This document shows, piece after piece, positions 50,158 to 64,000 of a stretch of 64,000 nucleotides of DNA. This DNA comes from Octopus vulgaris (Eukaryota). The number at the start of each line of letters is the position of its first letter. Positions within the stretch are counted from its first letter, which is position 1. The stretch spans positions 57,970,001 through 58,034,000 of the forward strand of contig OX597824.1 of NCBI GenBank assembly GCA_951406725.2. The letters are read 5' to 3'. The translations under genes were made by a program, and so were the position numbers. The notes below the pieces were generated by a model. That model saw only the letters and a list, made by a program, of their open reading frames with translations. It did not search any database and was not told the DNA's origin.

Positions 50158-51706
50158 TTTTATTTTCTATAATTTTCACAGACAATAAATACGATATTAA
50201 TTGTTATTGTCTGAGATTTTTGTGTAATTTGAGAGGATAATACAAAAGTTATGGATGATTTAGTGATTTACTGCAAAACCCATGGCGGCCAAAATGATCA
50301 GAACGGTTGCTTTTACTCCATGTTTTAGTATATTTAACAGGTGAACTCTAATGTTTTGAATTTGTTTACCTGACGGTTCATTTACTAAACATTAGTAAGA
50401 GTATCTGCAGTGTACTTTGTTAATATAATGCCACTTACTCCGTTACCAATTCGTCAGCAGATTATTAAGCTTCGAAAGAAGGATAATTTAAGTATTGGGT
50501 CTATTGCAAAGATTGTTAACAAGTGAAAAAGTGTTGTTCACGGTATTCTTAAGGTCTACGATGATTGTGGTTCGTGTGAAGCAAGAAAGTCTACAGGTAG
50601 GCCAAGAAAAACGACCAAGAGAGAAGATCGTGCTGTGGTAAAGTTGGTTAAAAAGGACAGATTTAAAACTGCTGCTGCTGTTTCTCGGGAAACGAGCATT
50701 TGTACTGAAGAAAACTTTATCTTGAAAAACTGTGTCTCGTCGTTTAGTTGAACATGACCTACAAGCAAGAGCACCTGCAGTGAAGCCACTGATCAGCTCC
50801 AAGAATAAAAAGTGTCGTCTTATCTTTGCAACCGAACATGTGTTGTGGTCTCAAGAAAAATGGCAAACAGTGCATTTCCGAGATGAATCTAAGTCTACGT
50901 TATTTGACTCAGATAGTAAAAGGTACGTTTGTCAAAAAGTAGGTGAAAAATTGTCGCCTAAATGCCTTAAGACTAGTGTTAAATTCGGTGGAGGAAGTGT
51001 CATGGTTTGGTTGATGATATCTGGAGATGGTGTGGGTCCTTTGGTGCGATTACATGGAAAGGTAAATGCAGGAGTTTATAAACAACTTGTAAAAGATCAT
51101 GTCTTGCCTGTGCTGAGAAATTCAACTAAGCGATCACCCATATTCATGCAGGACAATGCCCCATGTCACAAGGCTAAGGTGGTCATGAACTTTCTCAAGG
51201 CTGAAAAGGTTATTGTTATGGATTGGCCTGCTCAAAGCCCAGATCTCAATCCTATTGAAAATGTGTGGAATATTCTAGGAGAACGTTCGAAAGCCAGAAA
51301 TCCTAAAACAACCGAGCAATTATGGAATGCCCTTCAGGAAGAATGGAATAAGATCACCCAGCAAGAAATTGAAAATTTAATTTCCTCATGCAGTCGAAGA
51401 TGTCAAAGTGTGATTGAAGCTAAAGGGCTTCACACTAAATATTAAATTATTCCAGTATTCTCTGTTAATTTTTATTATTTTGTTATTTTTTTCAACCGTT
51501 CTGATCATTTTGGCCGCCATGGGTTTTGCAGTAAATCACTAAATCATCTATACCTTTTGTATTATCCTCTCAAATTACACCAATATCTCAGACAATAATA
51601 ATTAATATCCTATTTATTGTTTGTTAAAATTATAGACTATAAAACAACTTTGATAAAAACTTTTCTGACAAAATCAATGCCGTTCTGAACATTTTGGCCG
51701 CAACTG
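50158..51706 (+). mobile_element. Tc1 (DD34E) transposon with long IR/DR-type TIRs; outer part of the left TIR missing
   Basis: The right TIR (~51493-51706) ends ...GGCCGCAACTG|TA and has two CCGTTCTGA.CATTTTGGCCGC direct repeats; 50158-50309 is its inverted copy. Confidence 0.92.
50428..51445 (+). pseudogene. Tc1 transposase with an early stop and a frameshift
   Basis: MPLTPLPIRQQII..VNK*, GRPRKTT, FRDESK, FMQDNAPCH, SPDLNPIENVW; 34 residues between the second D and E. Confidence 0.92.
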
Positions 51707-52049
51707 TACATTGCTAATAGTTTATTACCGTTTTCATAAGATATATTAAAACTGGACGGTAATAAATTAATTCTAAATAGAGACACGTCCTAGTTTTAAG
51801 ATGGGTTACATGTTTTGTCGGACGGAGAAATAAGGTAATTTGGGGCCATAAAGGAGACAAGAAAACACTTGACATGTGCTGAAATGGCCAGTCGCAACTA
51901 TCTTCACTTTATTTTCTACTGTTTAACTCTTTCTTCAGACCTTTAGCTAATATAAGCTTATAGTCAAACGAACCCTTTTATTATGTTTATTATTATCTAC
52001 ATTTTATTTTTATTTCTTTATTTTTACTCATGTGTCTTTATTTTTTTCT

Positions 52050-52355
52050 TTTACCTGTTTCAATCATTTGACTGCGATCTATTTTAAAGTCTAGTACTTA
52101 TTCTATCGATCTTTTTTGCCGAATCGCTATGTTACGAGGACGTAGACACACCAAGACCAGTTGTCCAGTGATGGGTGGGGGAACAAACACATACACACGC
52201 ACAAATAAATAAATAAATATATATATACGGCGGTCTTGGTTCAATTTCCGTCTAACAAATCTACTTTGATCGGCCTGAGGCTATAGTAGAAGACACTTGT
52301 CCAAGGTGCTACGCAGTGGGATTGAGCCCGGAACCAGACGGCTACGCCTGCGCCT
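52050..52355 (-). mobile_element. CORE-like SINE
   Basis: Reverse complement of the 279-680 family from tail to head. Confidence 0.78.
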
Positions 52356-52858
52356 GGGTTGAAACAATTGTAGTGATTTTTAGATAAAAGAATGTCGTCC
52401 ATTCCATTTTCTGTCGTTTATCTATTTCTATAATCTCTATCGACTATGGAATTCCTGATGTATATCCAGTAGCAGGAGCTTTCAACTGTATGATGACATC
52501 AGATAGCCAATAACTGTTGACGAGTTTTGCAAGCCTTCTACAAGGTTATTACCCGAATCTCAAATTATGTATGTATGCATGTATGTATGTATGTATGTAT
52601 GTATGTATGTATGTATGTATGTATGTATGTATGTATGTATGTGTGTGTGTGTGTGTATGTATGTGTGTATGTATGTATGTGCGTGTGTTTGTGTGCGTGT
52701 ACATGCATGCATACATACATACATACATACATAATACATACTTACATGCATGCATGCAGGCATACATACATACATACATGCATGCATACATACATACATA
52801 CATACATACATACATACATACATACATACATACATACATACATACATACATACATACA

Positions 52859-54354
52859 TTATGGCTGCCCCCTCGTTATCGAGTATGGCCATTGCACGAA
52901 GCTTAACTGTTACTAGTGCTGTGATTGAATGTGACTTTTTAGCCCAGCTAAAGATCTACAATGTCTTGTACAGAATTCTATTTCTTTACTACCCACAAGG
53001 GGCTAAACATAGAGGGGAGAAACAAGGGCAAACAAACGGATTAAGTCGATCAAATTGACCCCAGTGCGTAACTGGTACTTAAGTTATCGATCCCGAAAGG
53101 ATGAAAGGCAAAGTCGACCTCGGCGGAATTTGAACACAGAACGTAACGGCAGACGAAATACGGCTACGCATTTCGCCCGGCGTGCTAACGATTCCGCCAG
53201 CGCACCGCTTTATGTCTTGTACAGAATTGGCAACTAAAACCTTTACCGGTAATAGCCGGCTGTAGTTGTAACTGGGCTTCATGTACCTTTGCATGTCGTT
53301 TAAGTCCTCCTGCCGAATTACACTCTCTTCCACATGCCCGACATATATGATCAGTATGGTGTGTTACACCACCACCAGTGGCCAGGTTGTCACTCATCTA
53401 TCTCACTTTAGGACTGCGAAAATGACTCTTGAGTCCAACTTTACTGAGGCAGGGTCTTGCACAGACACTGCATGTCAGCATCATAGGAAGACCCTTCCCA
53501 TCTGGAAGTGTAACAGCGTTCCCCTTCCTGACATTCCTCCTTGCTTTCTCATGTGCAACTCGAAATTCTCAAAAGTGGCTGTCCTCTCGTGCACAATCCT
53601 TCTCCACCTGCTACGATCAATAGCTATGCCTTCCCATGTGTCAGGAGAGATGCAAGCATCTCTTAATGAAGCCTTCAGCAAGTCCTTATACCTCTTTTTT
53701 GGTTTATGTGGAGGTCGTTCTCCTTTAGCAGATGATTGTGAGCTCGTAGCACACACAGAGATTGATATGCAACACATTTTGAATGCATTCTCTGATGCTT
53801 GCACTGCCTTAGGATTGACAGTCAATCTCAAGAAAACTGTTGTCATGCATCAACCTGCTCCTGGTAAGCAGTATAGTGTACCAAATATCTATGTGCATGG
53901 TAAATGAATTGATGTAGTTGATCAGTTTGTCTACCTGGGAAGCACTATTAATAGATATAGCAATTTGGATGAATTCCATATAGAATTAGAAAAGCAAGTG
54001 TTGCTTTCGGAAGGCTAGAAAAGCGCCTCTGGAATCGGCGAGACATATGCAGAAAGACAAAGATAAAGGTGTACAAGGCATGTGTGCGCCCTCCTCTTCT
54101 CTGCGAGACATGGGTCACATATCGATACCACCTTAAACAACCGGAACATTTCCATCTGATGTGTCTCAGACGGATCTATGGCATTAAGTGGAAGAACCGC
54201 ATCAGGGATCTTGAAATATTGGAAGGCTCTCAGTGTGAAAGTATAGAAGCTCTCGTGCTAAAGCAAAGGCTCAGATGGAGTGGTCATCTGGTCAGGATGA
54301 AGGATTCAAGAATGCCAAAACAACTCTTTTATGGAGAGTTAGCTAAAGGAGAAC
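52859..54354 (-). mobile_element. RTE-clade LINE, 5'-truncated with an inverted 5' segment, flanked by (CATA)n
   Basis: Minus strand 53729->52859: KGERPPHKPKKRYKD..DRSRWR, C2H2 fingers and a 3' UTR CTCG..CGAG hairpin. Plus strand 53725-54354: LADD..GLTVNLKKT..FVYLGS..RLRWSGH..RMPKQLFYGEL. Confidence 0.9.
52978..53211 (-). mobile_element. Full-length Meta/MESC-like SINE (Tx1-tail form) with a 17-bp TSD
   Basis: ATGTCTTGTACAGAATT at 52961-52977 and 53212-53228; the insertion splits the RTE finger CQFCTRH|CRSLAGLKSH. Confidence 0.92.
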
Positions 54355-55303
54355 ATACATACATACATACATACATACATACATACATACATACATACAT
54401 ACATACATACACACATACTTGCATACAGATAGATATCGATAAATTAAGTATAAAAGAATACCAGATGGAATCGAGTACTTTAGGCGACGAGATCAACTAA
54501 AACTTTTGAAGTGTGTGTCCCAACTTGGCCGCAGTCTAGTGAATGAAACTAGAAGAATAAAAGAATATATACACACAACAAACACGCATTCATCTAAACG
54601 CTTCTCCTTCTTCCTGTGTCTCCTTCACACACTCAAACACACACATACACATACACATGCGCGCACACACACATAGACACGCACATGCACATACACGCGC
54701 ACGAACAGGCGGAAACTGAAGCGGTGCTGATGGAGTCAAAAATACAGCAATGGCTTGTTCACTTCCTGCTTTAACACAGAGAAATTATAAGCTCATCGTA
54801 GTCAAAGATTGGCAGGCAAGTTGTTATCCTACGATCGTAGCTCGAACTTAAATCATCCGTTATCAAGATCATCTTGTAAGCAGCGGCTCCAGCACAACAA
54901 CAACACCATCACAATGACAAACAACAACTAAACAAACAACAAAAACAACCGCCATCAATGATGAAGCCATATTTCATAAAGACCAGGTTTTATAGAGAAA
55001 GGCAGCAGGAATGAGTTTAATTTATAATCTTGCAAGAGGCTAATGTGCTTTTTGGAGTCAACTGATATTGTCTTAATTAACAACACTAACTTCCGTTTTA
55101 CACTCCCTGTCACTTCTACATTATCTCTTACTGTCTCTACCCTGCCACCGACTCTAACTATTATTTCTCCTTCTATCTGCCACTCTCTATTATTACTACA
55201 TATATATGTACATATATATACATTATATCTAACACACTATCTCCTCTCTGCTACCACCACTAACTACTCTCTCTCACACGCACACACACTTTATTGCTAC
55301 TAC

Positions 55304-55359
<56 letters not shown>

Positions 55360-56778
55360 CTCTTTAAAGATTTCTTAAATCTCGACTCAGATCACGACTG
55401 CTGCACTCGTAAACAGGGATACCATACACACAAACACACGAGCGAGCACCCACACATAGATGTACATGTACAACCGTGTTTATGTGTGTTCGTATAGATA
55501 TGTGTTTTCTCAGACGTATGCGTGTACATGTCTACAAAGACAGATTTTGCTGAGAAATGTGTAAGAAGTATACAAGACACAAAGCAAAGTCTGTGTATTT
55601 CATTAAAGCCGAACCATCTTCGATCATAAATCTTGAATTTCATGTTAGCCATCGTTCAAACGACTGAAGTAATATTCTTCAGCTGAACTGTAGCGATCTA
55701 ATTTCATGCCTACTTTCATACAAGTATATATATGTTTCCTCCATAAACTCTATGTCAACTAAAAAGTTAACTATTATACGTATGCGAGTACTTTGAAAAT
55801 ACCTCACAAAGTGACGACCATCCCCTACATAGTTATAGGCTGCCCTTTGGCAAGGTATAGCAACCGCTCAGTCACCCTGCCAGGAATAAGGCGTAGTTAT
55901 GGAATTGCAGGATTGAGGATTGTGAATGGGTAGCGAAACTGAGCTACGGTACTTCTTATATTGATGCTAGGCGAAGGAATCCTGGAAGGCCAACGGCCAG
56001 GATCACCAAGCTCTATCAAGAGAGTAACTGCAACGCATCCATAAGGGTGGTGTCCATGGTTGTGTTAACGGCTAATGAAAGATTCACTATGACTCAAGCT
56101 CCCAATTCAAATTCATAGTAATGGAATTGGATGGCGACAGTCATGGGAATCCGCGAAAGCAGCGAAAAAAAATCCCTTTATATGTACATGTATGTGTGTG
56201 TGTGTGTGTTGTGTATGAATAAACTCGATTCTTAGGTATTAGACTAAAAAAATATAGGCATTTTCTCTTGTTTCATTCCCTTAATATCGCCATTATTTCA
56301 AATTATTTCATTATTTTATCGCCATTATTTCATTGAGACCGTTCAATCGTGTTTCACAATCCCTTAAATTTACTCTTACTTCTTTCCTCTCTTCAACAAA
56401 CGGAATAAAAGAGCGAACCGAGAGTGGCGTGTCTTGATATATATATATATATATGTATATATTATTTTAGAATAATTTTATACTAAAAAACCAAGTATTC
56501 CACTCCCAGTAATTTTATCAAAAGTTTTTTTTTATTTTGTCGAATTCTATATGTTGCTTTACAGTGTAGTTTTATCGTTATTGACAGATATGATGAAATT
56601 ACGGGTGTAAATGTGAACATCTAAAAAATGAAGAAACAATAAAATTATTGTTGCATATGTGTAAATATATCTAACGCTTGTTATAGGAAAGTAGATTAAT
56701 TTCTGCAAGTTGTTAAAGATATGTATGTGAAAAAAATATTAAAAGATATGAAGAATTTGTTGTTGTGTGTACAAGAAT

Positions 56779-56832
<54 letters not shown>

Positions 56833-57418
56833 CGCGTGAGCTTGCGTGTGAGTGCGCGCACGTGTATGGAAAAAATCTAACTGTTGAAGGGAAATAACTG
56901 TAGTATTTCGGGTGTCTTTAAAATCGATGAGCCATTATGTTCTAATTGTTCGGAATAATTCTTTAAGTAAAATTTTGAAGCGTGCTGACAACAGCCCAAT
57001 ATTTCGGACCTTTTATTTAAACTGTAAATGCGTCAAAATTAAATGAATACCTACGGCTTTAGGCATAATATCCAACATAAATTCGAACATGAAACTACCA
57101 CATAAAAAGAAAAAAAGATAAAAATACAAATAATACTATTCCATTACAAATGTTTAAATAACTTTGAAGGAAGGATGAAATGGACTAAAATAACAGAAAC
57201 GAACGTTGTCTCTTCTTGGCAGATTTTATTTGGACACGTGTACAAGTTTTGTCATGTGTCTGTTGTTTTAAGGGACAGAGGGAGAAAAGTAGAGGTCTTT
57301 CACAAATGGTGTGTGCTTTGCTTATGTTTTTCCTCCCTAACATGTTTTCCAATTGGGCAATGGTTTGTATGCTAAAGTACTTGCGTAATAAATACACATT
57401 TATACAAATACGTTTGTG

Positions 57419-57563
<145 letters not shown>

Positions 57564-57849
57564 GTATAAACGTATTAATACATATACGGTTATTTCTTTG
57601 TGTGCATATGTTAATATATGTGTGTTTATATTTACATGTATGCATATATTTCTCTCTCCATATGCGCGTATATGCGTATGTCTGTTTGTATATAGATATA
57701 GATAAATGTCCGTAGGTACTTATATACATACATACATGCATACATACATACATACATACATACATACATACATACATACATACATACATACATACACACA
57801 CATATATAGGCGAATTCAGATAATTGACGATGGATGATGGATATATATA

Positions 57850-57889
<40 letters not shown>

Positions 57890-58168
57890 CATATATATGT
57901 TTATATACATATACATATATGTACGAATAATGTACATATAAATAATGTCGGATAAATTTATAAAAACAGCTTCCTCACACACAGTTCAAAATATATAACA
58001 CCTGGTGTGTGTTTAATATTTACACGCATGCCATCCAATTTCTAATATGGTGTGATTCGTCGTGATCTAATGTGCGTGTATTTGTCTTCGTGATGCATTT
58101 ATATTATTATATACGGTCATTTTACACACACGTGGCTATATATTTAAACATACATACACACACACACA

Positions 58169-58264
<96 letters not shown>

Positions 58265-58869
58265 ATGTACGTTTTGCTTGTTTTCATTTCTGTAGTTATG
58301 TATTTATATTTGGAAGAGGTGTGGTGATTATAACGGTGTTGTTTTTTTTTTTGGGGGGGGGGGGGTATTGTGTGTTTTTTTTGTTTTATTTTTATTTTCC
58401 TAATTGATAACTTTGATATGTATATATTTTGTGTTTTTAATTGATTTTCTCGTCTATTAACTTCTTGCTTTCAAACTTATATAACCGGTATTTATACACA
58501 CAAACTCCATGTTCTAATACAGCATGTATTAAGAGAGATGACACCTGCGTCAAAATGTACGTGTGTGTGTATATTTGCCTATATACGTATATAAGTATGT
58601 ATAAATTCTGGCCATCTTTTAGAAAAGATCCATGTATATATATATATATATGTGTGTGTCTGTGTGTGTGTGTGTGTGTGTGTCTGTATACATTTATGTA
58701 TACATCTGCATATATCTCTATATACATTTATGCATGTATGTATATCCATAAATATGAATGTACATATATGTATTTAAACAGTTATACAAACATGTGTGAG
58801 ATATACATGACATATTCTTTTACATGCACCCGTGCATACATGCATACACGCCACACGCTCTCTCTCACT

Positions 58870-58934
<65 letters not shown>

Positions 58935-58954
58935 GTATGTATGTATGTATGTAT

Positions 58955-59000
<46 letters not shown>

Positions 59001-59969
59001 GTATATGTCATATACATACATATGTATGTGTGCCTTTGCACGTGTGTATATATGCGCTTGTATGCATGTTGTGTGTATGCGTACGTATACACATGTAAGC
59101 GCGTGCGGACGTTACCAGCTTTGCACTTTAGTCGAAGCTCTTTGTCTGCCGGTCTGTAATTAGACGAAATAAAGCTCTGCGTATTGAACCTATTAAGGTT
59201 GTTTAAAATAATCTGAAAACGTATTCACTTAAAAGTTCATAAATGTTTTGCTGTTGTCCCGTTGTCGTTGTTGTTGTTTCGTCTTCCATAAACAGGTGAT
59301 CTTTACAGATAAACCATCGCCTACTACATTCCAGCTCTCTGTTACCTTGTTGGCCCTCTTTCCCTCTCTCTTTCTCTCTGTCCCTGAGTCTCTGTGCGTG
59401 TGGCTGTATGTGTATATATGTGTGAACATACGTGTCCTAACTTCAGTCCCTATTGAAATTCATGTTTTAGTGATTCCAGGATTGTTAGTCGGCTGCCTTG
59501 CTGTTGATTCTGCCAACTATCTGAATCTCTCTCTCAGCAGTTGAACTCGAATATGCTTGGACAGTTGAACTGGAAAACCGTTATATACGAAAATATAAAA
59601 TGGATATATATATATATAAACGCATGCTCGAACACGTTCACTCGCACACACATACACAAACGAAAGGATATTCAGTGCAAAATAGTAAATGTATATAAAA
59701 AGAAAATACTAACAAAATAAACGAAACACACACACACACACACACACACATATGCACCCCCCACACACAATATAAATGCTTGGTTTTCTGAGGTGCAGTG
59801 TGTGCATAGCATGTGTGTGTTTGTGTGTGTGAGTGCATGTGCGATGGACTTGGCCGGAATGGCTCAAACAAACTGAAGTACATTCACCAAAGAATAGTAA
59901 ATACACGTTACGTCAATAAAAGTGTTCACTGCGTAGAATGATGTGTAATACTTAAACGTTGCTGAAGAT

Positions 59970-60330
59970 ACTACCACCACTACCGCCATCACCACCGCCG
60001 TCGCCGCCGCCGTGCCCACCGTCACTGTCACCGCCGTGGCCGCCGCGGACACCGCTCGCACCGCTGCTGATACTGCCGCTGACGCTGCCATTGAAGCCAC
60101 TGCTGATACCGTCATTGACGTCACCGCTGCTGCCACCGCCGCTGTCACCGGTGCCGCTACCGCTGCCACCACCACCGTCGCCGCTGTTGCCGCTGCTACC
60201 ACCGATGCTGCCCTGCCGTCACTGTCGTCGTCGCCGCTGCCGTCAGTGCCTCTGCCGCCGTTGCTGTCGCCGTCGCTGCTATCGCTGCTGCTGACGCCAC
60301 TACTGACGCTGTCGCTGCAGTTCATGCTGC
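59970..60330. repeat. Degenerate GC-rich triplet repeat (GCC/GCT/ACC/GTC)
   Basis: Seen directly; open in several frames on both strands. Confidence 0.85.
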
Positions 60331-60922
60331 CGGCGAGGCCCCCGTCCTTGTAGAAGTAATTACATCAACAGCATTACAAACATCACAAAAACAACTATAA
60401 CAATCATATTATCACACAATAACCACACCAGTAACTGCCAAACCGCCCCATCATCTCAACACCATTAAAACAACAACAAGTACACATCACCATCATCACC
60501 ATAACCAGCAGCACTACCATTACAATAACAATTACATCGTCATCACCCCCTCCATTAAAACAACAACAGTTACATCACCATCACCACCACCAGCAGTACC
60601 ATCACCACTAGAGATAACAGACTATCGAGAAGAAATTTGTTTGTTTCGAGCTGATAACAAAGACCATTGACTTGTGTGGTGGCCCTGTACAATAGTTCCA
60701 ATATATAGAATGGTTTCTTTGAGTGGTAAATGGTTTTGCTCTTTCACACAATAGTTCTTTCTTTTCGTTCCACCAATCAGAAACACTTCTGTTGACGTTC
60801 AACTACTTTCTGTGGCTTAATTAACTTAGAACAACACTAGTCTTGTGGGACATTTCTCGTTTCTTTAAGTGTATGTGTTTGTGCGTGTGCTTGTGTGAGT
60901 GCGTGTGTTTATGAAGGTGTGT

Positions 60923-60953
<31 letters not shown>

Positions 60954-61046
60954 CGTATGTAAGTCTGAGTTCTTCTATGTATATCTTTTTGAGGGTCTCC
61001 ATATCTATTTGTATACATATGTGTACGTTTCAATGTTTGCCTCTAC

Positions 61047-61425
61047 ATAGGCGGCGCAGGCGTGGCTGTGTGGTAAGAACTTTGCTTCTCAACTACATGG
61101 TTCCTAGTTCAGTCCACCTGCGTGGCAACTTGGGCAAGTATCTTCCTCGGGCTTGGGTGGATTTGGTAGACGGAAGCTGATAGAGGATCGTTATATATAC
61201 ATAAATGTGAGTATTTGTGCCAGTGTTTGTCCCCCACCTCCGCTGGATGATCGGTTTTAGTGGGTCAATGTCTCCGTAGCTTAGCTGTTCGGCAAAAAGA
61301 GATCGATAGAATAAATAACGGGCTTTAAATAAAAATGAGTACTGGGGTCGATTCGTTCGATTAAAATCAATCAAGGCTATGCCCCACCATGATCGCAATG
61401 TAGTGACTGAAACAAATAAAAAATA
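61047..61425 (+). mobile_element. Full-length diverged CORE-like SINE
   Basis: GGCGCAGGCGTGGCTGTGTGGTAAG, CTTGGGCAAGT and tail ..TGACTGAAACAAATAAAA. Confidence 0.82.
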
Positions 61426-62226
61426 GAAGCTGTGGGTGTATGGATACCTATGTGTGTGTGTGTAACTAGACGCCCATGTACTTCACATGGCACATGATTT
61501 AATTAATCTAATTCGGGCATATATTTCCTGAGAGTGCTTAAGTACTGATAAGAAATTAGTTGATGCTGTGACCAATGTCTAAATTAAATAGACAGAAGAA
61601 TGAATTTAAAATGTACGCTTTGAAAGAAAATAAGCGAATGTTTAGTTTGTGTCTTCTGAGACATCAAAATTTTTTTGTGACTACTCACTTCTTCAACCGG
61701 TCAGAAAAGGGATTGGTTCTCATGACGTCTTACTATTAATAGCAGTTGGACTCGGGAAACTGAATATAAAGCGACTGAGACTTAGAAGATGAATGAAAGG
61801 ATCACATTTATATACAACCAAAAAAAAAAAAAATTTGCCTTTCAGAGAAATGGAAAATTCCTCAAATTTTGACTTCTTTCTATAGCAAAATACCCTTCCT
61901 CAAACCAACTACGTTACAGAATACTGGGCCTAGAGATGCTGTCATGTCTTCAGTAGGAGGAATCCTCTCTGATTTACATTTCCTTCATTCATTCTACTAC
62001 TTTACAGAATTTACTGGATATAATTCATGATGACTTCAGCACTAGTAAGGTTGCTTTATGTCCGGGAGACAAAGACATTATACTCTACAAAAAATGAAAG
62101 AAAAATAGGAAAATAACGGAGTGAGTGATAGTCCAATCCCATTCTATTGGTCACTATGCGGGGTTAGGATTCTTTCTTTCTTTCTCTTTCTCTCCGTAAA
62201 CGTGTATATATATATATGTATGTATG

Positions 62227-62260
<34 letters not shown>

Positions 62261-62519
62261 TGTATGTATGTATGTATGTATGTATGTATATTTCTGTTAG
62301 TGACTCAAAGAATGTTGCGTATCTAAAGTGGTATGGCATCAGTAGCGTCTCTGAAATATAGAGTGACAGACTATTAAATTACTTCCAGTTCTCAATTCTG
62401 ATCAAAAGAATGGTAAATAGACACCAAGTAGTGCGTCTATTCCATTACCATTAAATGTTCCAGTAGATATATCTCTGTATTCCTGCTGGAAGGGCTAAAG
62501 GAAGTAGAAGTCCTTAAAT

Positions 62520-63237
62520 TTATTTTGACAGACACACTATGTTTGTGTGTGTGTCTCTAGACACATACGCACATGCATTCATATATAAATATATGTGTGT
62601 ACTGTGTATGCATGCGCATGGTATATATATACATATATATGATATTGTATATGTATATATATGTATATGCGTGTATATATATCTTGCATATATAACATAC
62701 AGTATATATATATATACAATATATAATATATATATGTATATATATATATATATATGCACACACACATACACACATATATATATAATTCAGTTAGAGGTTA
62801 TGTTAGCTTCATGAAGGGATGCATTCTACTGCGATGAATCTAACAAACAAACATACAAAATATCTAAGGGTATATTTTTTTCCCTCTGAAGAGATTATGC
62901 TCAAAAATATGAACTTAATATTTAATTAACTTCACTGAGTATAATTGAAACAGGTGTAAGGGATGATGATCGATTTGTTATTGATAATAAACTCTTGTTA
63001 ACTTCACAATCTACATTTCTGTATTCTTCTTCCTTTATATACATATATATATATAGTTTGATTTGAGAACATAATCTTTTGTGGAGAATGGCGATTTGAC
63101 GTCTATATCTAGCATGTTGACTGTCCACTTTTTCGTGTTCAGTCCTTAATTGGTATATATAAATATTTAATCTTCGGATTCTTTTTTAATATGCTAGACC
63201 ACTGGTTTTAATTGATAAATATTGATTTCTACCCTTA

Positions 63238-63277
<40 letters not shown>

Positions 63278-63695
63278 CATATGTATGTATGTCTATATAT
63301 ATGTATGTGTCTGTGTATGCGTGTACGTAAATATATATTTATGCAGGTATGTATATATGTATATATGTATGTATATATATATGTATATACATATATATAT
63401 ATATATGTATATACATATATATATACATATATATATATATGTATATACATATATATACATACATATATATATATATGTATATACATACATGCATATATAT
63501 ATACATATATATATGTATATACTTATATATAAAAATATGTATGTATATACATACATGTATACTTACTTGCTTCTCTGCATACATACATATTTATATACAT
63601 ATTTACGTACACGCATAGACAGGCATATACATAATACGTGCATATATATATATATACATATATGGATACTTGCATACATACATATATATATATAG

Positions 63696-63746
<51 letters not shown>

Positions 63747-63870
63747 TAGATGGATAGATAGACAGACAGATGCATGCATACATACATACATAAATACATA
63801 CATACATACATACATACATACATACATACATACATACATACATACATACATACATACATACATACGTACG
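62520..63870. repeat. (TA)/(TG)/(CATA)/(GATA) low-complexity tracts (representative of many in the window)
   Basis: Seen directly. Confidence 0.85.
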
Positions 63871-64000
63871 GCACATGATATCGACAGAAGCATTTCTTAG
63901 AATGTTGGCAGGTGCTATATTCAGTCGAAAATCTGGCATAAAGGCCTACGCAGATTCCTTACCTACATTATCTTAGGTCTATAGGCTAGTTCTAAGGAGT

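Noticed and set aside
55998-56085. HDV-like ribozyme suggested by CGGCTAATG
   Set aside because: I could not build the P1/P3/L3 nested pseudoknot with normal spacing.
59864-60353. Ala/Thr/Pro-rich ORFs resembling antifreeze or mucin proteins
   Set aside because: Degenerate triplet repeat open in several frames on both strands, with no splice signals or domain.

Overview
This is AT-rich, microsatellite-saturated animal DNA. The SINE and repeat repertoire looks octopod (Octopus-like), which is an inference from recognition, not a search. Almost all ORF-track entries are microsatellite artefacts. The real content is mostly mobile DNA: three Tx1-clade LINEs (two stacked in one (GATA)n array), a CR1/L2-group LINE with an intact 3' ORF, RTE relics (one with a twin-priming-type 5' inversion), Penelope-like elements (PLEs, including a Naiad-type copy), a DD34E Tc1 with IR/DR ends, mariner relics and MITEs, Helitrons and two tRNA-derived SINE families. 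There is one well-formed host coding exon (13888-14073) and a possible upstream start exon. The most interesting signals are at RNA level: six hammerhead-ribozyme-like motifs (two canonical, two sharing an A6->U core change, two decayed in a ~200-nt repeated unit); a ~370-nt unassigned segment of back-to-back hairpins with + strand-biased G-U pairs; and two SINE/LINE 3'-tail partnerships visible within the window. Boundaries of decayed elements are approximate.
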